A stretch of DNA of 53,347 nt, the filler included, from Piptocephalis cylindrospora (Eukaryota), in NCBI GenBank assembly GCA_003614145.1. It is 2 parts of 2 records of this genome, joined end to end, with 100 filler letters (N's around TTAATTAATTAA, not from the genome) between each part and the next. Parts side by side here need not be neighbours in the genome. Positions count along the whole stretch, not along the records: positions 26,785 to 53,347 come from KZ987773.1; 1 more part is not named here. One strand, given 5' to 3'. Below, one piece after another: positions 46,316 to 53,347 of the stretch (positions are counted from its first letter, which is position 1; the number at the start of each line of letters is the position of its first letter). The position numbers were made by a program, and so were the translations under genes. The notes under the pieces were generated by a model. That model did no database searches. It saw only the letters and a program-made list of their open reading frames with translations, and had not been told where the DNA came from.

Positions 46316-48043
46316 TCATTCTGTCATGGGAGGAGGGGCGGCATTTTTGACAATTTTCTTGGATCGAAGACAGAGGAAAAGGAGAAAAGCTACACCGGCC
46401 AAAGGAATGCAGACGGTGTAGACTAGGTGAAAGGCGTCCATGTACGCGAGGACAGCCGCATCCCGGATATCAGGGGCGCTGCTATGGATGGCCTCGACAC
46501 TATTGACCAGCTTGGCGATCTCCTCGGCTGAAAGATTAGGAAGGCGAGAGGCAATACCGGAGGAGAGCTTGTTGTTGAAGATGGCGCCAACAATGGCAAT
46601 ACCAACAACACCACCAATGGATCGGAAGAAGGTAAGGAGAGCGGTGGCGGAGGCCATATCCTTAATCTGGACCGAGGCCTGCACAGCTACGGTGGCGGTC
46701 TGAAGGACAAAACCGATGCCAAGGCCCGAAAAGACCTGATATCCCAGCTGCTTTCCTCGGTTGGAGTGGACATCCAAGGAGGAGAGAAGGCCACTTCCCA
46801 ATACTAGGAGGGCGGCTCCAAGGATCATGAAGGGTCGAAGCATCCCGGTCTTACTGACAAGGAAGCCTCCGCCGATGGACGCGACCAGGAGACCCCCGAT
46901 GAAGGGTAGGGTCTCGAGGCCTGCGGTGGTGGCCGAATCTCCCCGAAGGACCTGGAAAAACATGGGGAGGTAGAAGATGAGGCTAAAGAAACTCATGCCC
47001 AGGAAGAAGAGGGCGGCAAAGTTGATGACCACGTCGCGCATCTTGAAGAATCGGCCGGGTGCTACGGGCTCGCGAGCAAACCAGCCCTCCACGACGATAA
47101 AGGCAATGGCCAGGACGCCTCCCCCGACATAGCACCCGATAATGGGACCTGAGTTCCATGGATAGGCGCTACCTCCCCAGTTGGTAGCCAAGAGGATTAG
47201 GACGACGGCGCCGATGAGAAGAACAGTGCCGACGTAATCGATCCGACGAAGCTTCTCCCTCAGGGAGCCCTCGGGGGTGGGAAGACGCAGGAAAAAGAAA
47301 GTGGTGACGATGGTAATGGCGGCGATGGGAATGTTGATGTAGAATGCCCATCTCCAAGATGCATGATCGGTGAAGACTCCCCCTAGTAGGGGACCTAGAA
47401 CTGAAGAGAGGGCAAAGGCCCCACCAAAGAATCCCTGATACTTTCCACGATCGCGAAGGGACACGATATCAGAAATGACGATCATGGCAATGGACATGAT
47501 TCCGCCTCCCCCAAGACCGGCTAGGGCACGACACACAATGAGCATGAGCATGCTCTGAGCAGCACCACACAGGATGGACCCGAGGGTGAAGACGCTGACA
47601 GCAAAGAGGAGCATGACCTTTCGACCAAAAATGTCGCTGAACTTTCCATAGAGCGGCTGGAAGGCCGTGCTGGTGAGGAGGTAGGAGGTGGCGACCCAGG
47701 ATACATCGTTCAGAGAGTTGAACTGGGAGGCGATTGTGGGCAGAGCGGTAGAGACGATGGTCTGGTCAAGGGAGGAGAGAAAGACGGCCAGCATGAGGCC
47801 GATCATGATGGGGATGAGTTGTCGACGAGGCAAGGTGGCGTTTCCTCCACCGTTCTGGTTGGTGGCCTTTGTCTTGGATGCGGACTCTAGGTCCTTTTCC
47901 TCCATGGATGCTTGAATGGTGGGGGCAAGGGCGGAGCTGGGAATTTTCCCCCGTTCCAAGTCTACTTCTTGCATGGCCAGGGTAGATTCCTGAGAAAGAG
48001 TGAGATCCTCTTGGGAGGAATGACTAGGTAAAGTGGATGCCAT
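46316..48043 (-). CDS. MFS drug:H+ antiporter, DHA2 (14-TMS) family, intronless
   Basis: LDQTIVSTALPTI, YGKFSDIFGRK, LGPLLGGVFTDHASWRWAFYINIP and IDYVG motifs; 575 aa. Confidence 0.95.
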   Translation of the reverse strand: MASTLPSHSSQEDLTLSQESTLAMQEVDLERGKIPSSALAPTIQASMEEKDLESASKTKATNQNGGGNATLPRRQLIPIMIGLMLAVFLSSLDQTIVSTALPTIASQFNSLNDVSWVATSYLLTSTAFQPLYGKFSDIFGRKVMLLFAVSVFTLGSILCGAAQSMLMLIVCRALAGLGGGGIMSIAMIVISDIVSLRDRGKYQGFFGGAFALSSVLGPLLGGVFTDHASWRWAFYINIPIAAITIVTTFFFLRLPTPEGSLREKLRRIDYVGTVLLIGAVVLILLATNWGGSAYPWNSGPIIGCYVGGGVLAIAFIVVEGWFAREPVAPGRFFKMRDVVINFAALFFLGMSFFSLIFYLPMFFQVLRGDSATTAGLETLPFIGGLLVASIGGGFLVSKTGMLRPFMILGAALLVLGSGLLSSLDVHSNRGKQLGYQVFSGLGIGFVLQTATVAVQASVQIKDMASATALLTFFRSIGGVVGIAIVGAIFNNKLSSGIASRLPNLSAEEIAKLVNSVEAIHSSAPDIRDAAVLAYMDAFHLVYTVCIPLAGVAFLLFLCLRSKKIVKNAAPPPMTE

Positions 48044-49949
48044 ATGAGGTGGATGATATGATAGATTGATTTGATTTATAGGAGGGCAAAACAGAATAAT
48101 GTGGAAGATGGAGAAAGGGGTAGAGCGAGAGGAGGGGTAGGATGGGGGGGGGGGATGAGATGTGTAAGGATAGGAGGGTAAGTTGACCTGGTTTGGGGGA
48201 ACGACCTTGCCTAATGAATTGTTTTATACCTTCTCGAGCTCGTTAATGACCAGATAGGGCTGATTCAGGAGGATGTCGTTGAAGAATCCCTGCTTATCCC
48301 ATTGATTCTGTGTCCGGGGGATCTTGCGGCATGCGTTGGTTAAAAAAGAGACATGTGCGCGGAGTCTAACAAACTTGGTAGGCGTGAATGCCTGTGAGAC
48401 AGAAGGATGTAGAGATGACCTTTGGTTGCATCTAAACAGCTGGACAATTAGACCCTAATGCTTGGTGAATGGGAAGGGGATCGTGAGCGTGATTTGTCCT
48501 TTTTCTTTAGCAACCTAGAAGATCGGATATTTCTCGGAAAGTGCCTTGGTTGGCTGGGAGAGCTAGCGGGGTATTTGATGACTGGGCTTGTCCGACCTTG
48601 GGTGTACATTTATTGCGCACAATGAGAGTGAATACGGGGAGGAAGGGTGGATGAATACATTGTGGGACACTGATGGTCCTACTTCGGCTGGTCTTACATG
48701 GAGAAATAAAAACACCTCGGAGCTCGGAGTTACCTCTAATGAGTTTAAAGACTATGGCGTGTGATCTGTACCTGAAAAGGGTTGCTTGCAGCTTGATGAA
48801 TGATGGCCAGCCGCTGAAATCCTCCTTTGCGGGATGTGTGCGGAGTTGTAGTGAGCGTGCGTCTCAACCAAGAGGTAAGTGCTTGTACAATGATGAGGTT
48901 TGGCTGAGGGATGGTTCGGCAAGCGGGAAGGGGAAAGCCCCATGCCTGTCACAGGAAATGGCTGTCTTGAGCGATATAAAGGGGAGATCGTATCTCAGAG
49001 CCATGGTGATCCGAAGGGGATAATTAAGAATGTGCGAGGTGATATGAGGTAGGGTATGAATAAACGCAGTAGCGAGAATGGTTTCCCCGAGATAGAGTGC
49101 CCTGTATTTGAGCATGGGCTATTATTCGATGGACCTGGCCTTTTCACCTCATTTGGGAGCATCGGAAGTACCTATAACGGGTTACATAGTGAACAAGAAG
49201 AAAAGGCGGGATCATCTATGATTAGACCATCGGAGTCACTTATCCGGTTAGGACAATATCATCATCATCGCCATCATCCAAAAGGGATTTTTATCATTAG
49301 TAATTGCAGTCCTAGTTTTGATACCAAGACATCTTTTATCATTGGTAGTAGCAGTAAACAGCGAAATGATTCTCTATGACTAGTCTTTTAGGATGGGTTG
49401 AACTCGTCGGGAAAATCCTACTAAATGTTCATCTTTTATTGACATTATTGCAGTAGGCGGGTATATTTGTGTGCCAGGGATGCGAGTCAGGGAGTTGGCC
49501 ATGATACGACACGAACACGCTCACCTGCACTCTTTATTTCCTAGCAGGGCGATTTGACCCAACTAGTACGACGCCTTCCCCCCCTCTAACCACCTTTTGG
49601 ACGTGTCTCTCCGCCCTGGCAGCAGCAGATAGACAACTACGGCTTCACAGTGTGGTGACGTTGCCCTGTCTGGTTATCCGCTTGCCTCTCACCAAACTGA
49701 GGGCGCCCTCACCGCGTTCACCCCCAGGCTTAGTCCGCTCACTCCCACTCTCAGCTCACCTAGACCCTAACAACACACGCTGCTGCTGGTTCACGGCAAA
49801 GGGCTTTACCAGATCTACTTTCCTTGTTCCTTACCCTTCCCCCATCCATTGATCTATCCTTCCCTCCCCATTCTTCCTTTCTCTCTCCCTCTCTCTCTCT
49901 CTCTCTCCTCCCCACCACCCACTCATCCATCTCCACATCCAGGAATACC

Positions 49950-51399
<1,450 letters not shown>

Positions 51400-51721
51400 A
51401 GCTCTTGCATGTGGGTATGTGTGGGATTGGGGGTGGGAAACGCGGGAATACGGGAGGAGGATAAAGAAGGGTGAGAGGGAGAATGAGAGAGATGATGCAA
51501 CGGGGAATACACGATAGTTTCCCTTTCAGGAAAAAGGAAAACGCACTGCAAAGGGCAAAGTAATCAAGCTAATGGACGTGGTCATGGTGACCAGTAAGTG
51601 ATTTCTATTTCACATGGAGAAAGTAGGTTGCTTCTCCCTTTTGAAGATGCCCTGGTTTCTCGCCATCTCCTGTGTCAGTGAATAAGATCCAATACGAGAC
51701 AGAGCATTACGAGGATCTTGC

Positions 51722-52316
51722 CTACTCGTTAGGCTTGAATCGACTGTTCCATCGGGGGGATGAGAGATGGTTAGTTAGCGCCTCGGAACGTCCCTTCCCG
51801 ATGTACCTAGTACCCTCTCACTTACGCCTGCATCTCCTTCAATTCGGCCTCCTTCTTTTCTAGATTCATCTTCTTGGTTACCTTCCCTGGTTGCCAGTAT
51901 AGGACGACGAGGAAACGACCGAGGATATTGAAGCCCTGAAGGTGGTCACAGGCGGTTTTTGCATCGTAAATGTCCTCATAGACCACATACGCTGTGCCTT
52001 TGGTGTCTGTGGCCGTGCCTACACGGATCTGGCGAATGGCACCATACTTGCCAAAGATGTCGTACATTTCCTCTGATGTAATCTTGTACGGAAGATTTCT
52101 ATAAGCAGGAGGAGGTATGAGTGGAAAAAGGGGTAGGGTAAGGAGAGGGAACTGTACCTACCGGACATAAAGGATCCGATTGACGTTAGGGGGCAGTCTC
52201 TATCATGAGAGGTAAGAGGAGGGGGAAGGAAATCAGTGAGAGCGATAAAGAAGGGCGCCCTGCAGCCAAGAGACAGATCTTACAGCTTGACGTGTTCTCC
52301 CAAGTTGATGAGCCAT
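51722..52316 (-). CDS. SF3B6: U2 snRNP branch-site protein SF3B6 (SF3b14a/p14), 4 exons
   Basis: [51 protein letters not shown]...[10 protein letters not shown]...QA|RFKPNE*. Three GT-AG introns. Confidence 0.95.
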
Positions 52317-52623
52317 GTTGTTGAAGGAGGAGGAGGATGGGGAGGGATAGGAGAAAAGGATCGAGAGGGCCAAGGCGAGACAGATTGGAGCGCACCACAA
52401 CAATATCTTTTCTCTGAGAGGCTAGCAGCCGATAAGCCCACATAATGGTAGGTCTGTTTGAATTATGATTGACTATGGTCATGGTAATCATTCCTCTATT
52501 TGATCAAAGTATTTGTGGAGATGCACATGTACAAGTAAAAAAGAACTGAATGGCGATGATGAGAGGATATGATTTATCTACATTGGGATCGGGATTCAAA
52601 CTACTTCCCATACTCGATCCATC

Positions 52624-53347
52624 CTAAGCTTCATCATCGCTCTCTTCCTCATCATCATCGTCATCGTCATCATCATCATCCTCCTCCTCCTCCAATTCTT
52701 CATCAAGCAGACTGGCCCTTGGATCCAGCTCCCCCGTAGCCTCAAGGGTATCCCGTTTGGGGAGACGCGGTAGGATGATGTCGCAGACACGCTCGTCTCG
52801 AAGGAGCGAATAGACAAACTCATCCATATGGGTCAAGAGTTGACCCGAGGGACCCTGCTGCCTTAACTTACGGTAGTCCGCTAGGAGAGGTTCAAGGTAG
52901 GTGTAGCATTCTACAGGATTACCCACCAACCGGAGGTACAATGCTCCAAGGGCTCTCAAATATCTATGGGAGAGGCAGGTCAGTGGAGACGTATGAACCA
53001 TCATCGCTGTTCCGTAGAGTTTATCTCCTTTCTAAAATGTGATTTCCCTTACTTGAACCGCTTATCTTGAATATACTCGTAGATGATATCCTTTTCCGGC
53101 TGGATCTGCAAAAGCTTGAGGGTGAGGCAAAGAAAATTGGTGGGTCGAGTATTGGCATATTGCCCCCCGATGGTCTTTAGTCGAACGGCCTTTTCCACCA
53201 GGGTGGCCGCTAGGGATGGGATCCGGAGAGATAAGCGATTGGGAGAGTGAGCGTGGTGGTAAAGAGGGTTCCAGGTACTCACCATTTAAAGCAAAACAAT
53301 GCCCCCGCCAGTAGGCTGAATCATAGATACGGCCACGAATGATGGCT
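52624..53347 (-). CDS. PRP38: Pre-mRNA splicing factor Prp38 (PRPF38A), 5' partial
   Basis: RPTNFLCLTLKLLQIQPEK, FK|YLRALGALYLRL, LEPLLADYRKLR, HMDEFV and RVCDIILPRL; acidic (GAT/GAG)n tail. Confidence 0.95.

Noticed and set aside
48673..49379. ORFs of 107-116 aa between the MFS gene and RPT6
   Set aside because: No motifs, codon bias or splice support; likely intergenic noise.

Overview
Compact, intron-containing fungal DNA with short GT-AG introns (mostly about 55-130 nt) and pyrimidine-rich leaders. Gene content (Ral GTPase, TTC14-like and SMIM13-like genes alongside a fungal KCH channel and a WC-type GATA factor) points to an early-diverging, non-Dikarya fungus; a Zoopagomycota such as Piptocephalis is a guess. 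The window is two sequences joined by an artificial N44-TTAATTAATTAA-N44 spacer at 26685-26784, so genes on either side need not be neighbours. Left part: 3' end of a GATA zinc-finger gene, an orphan secreted/membrane protein whose frame continues past its TAA, a very divergent TM9SF/EMP70, mitoribosomal mL46, a TTC14-like TPR protein, RED/IK, KCH1/PRM6, a Cys-rich LEA_2-type membrane protein, a decayed secreted-protein gene and a truncated gene start. Right part: 3' end of a DUF1769 gene, Btz/CASC3, GPI7, a pseudouridine glycosidase-kinase fusion, a Ral GTPase, a SMIM13-like gene, RPL16, NUP53, a DHA2 MFS transporter, RPT6, SF3B6 and PRP38. No tRNA, rRNA, CRISPR array or intact transposon was recognised. 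All family calls come from manual translation and recalled motifs, not database searches.
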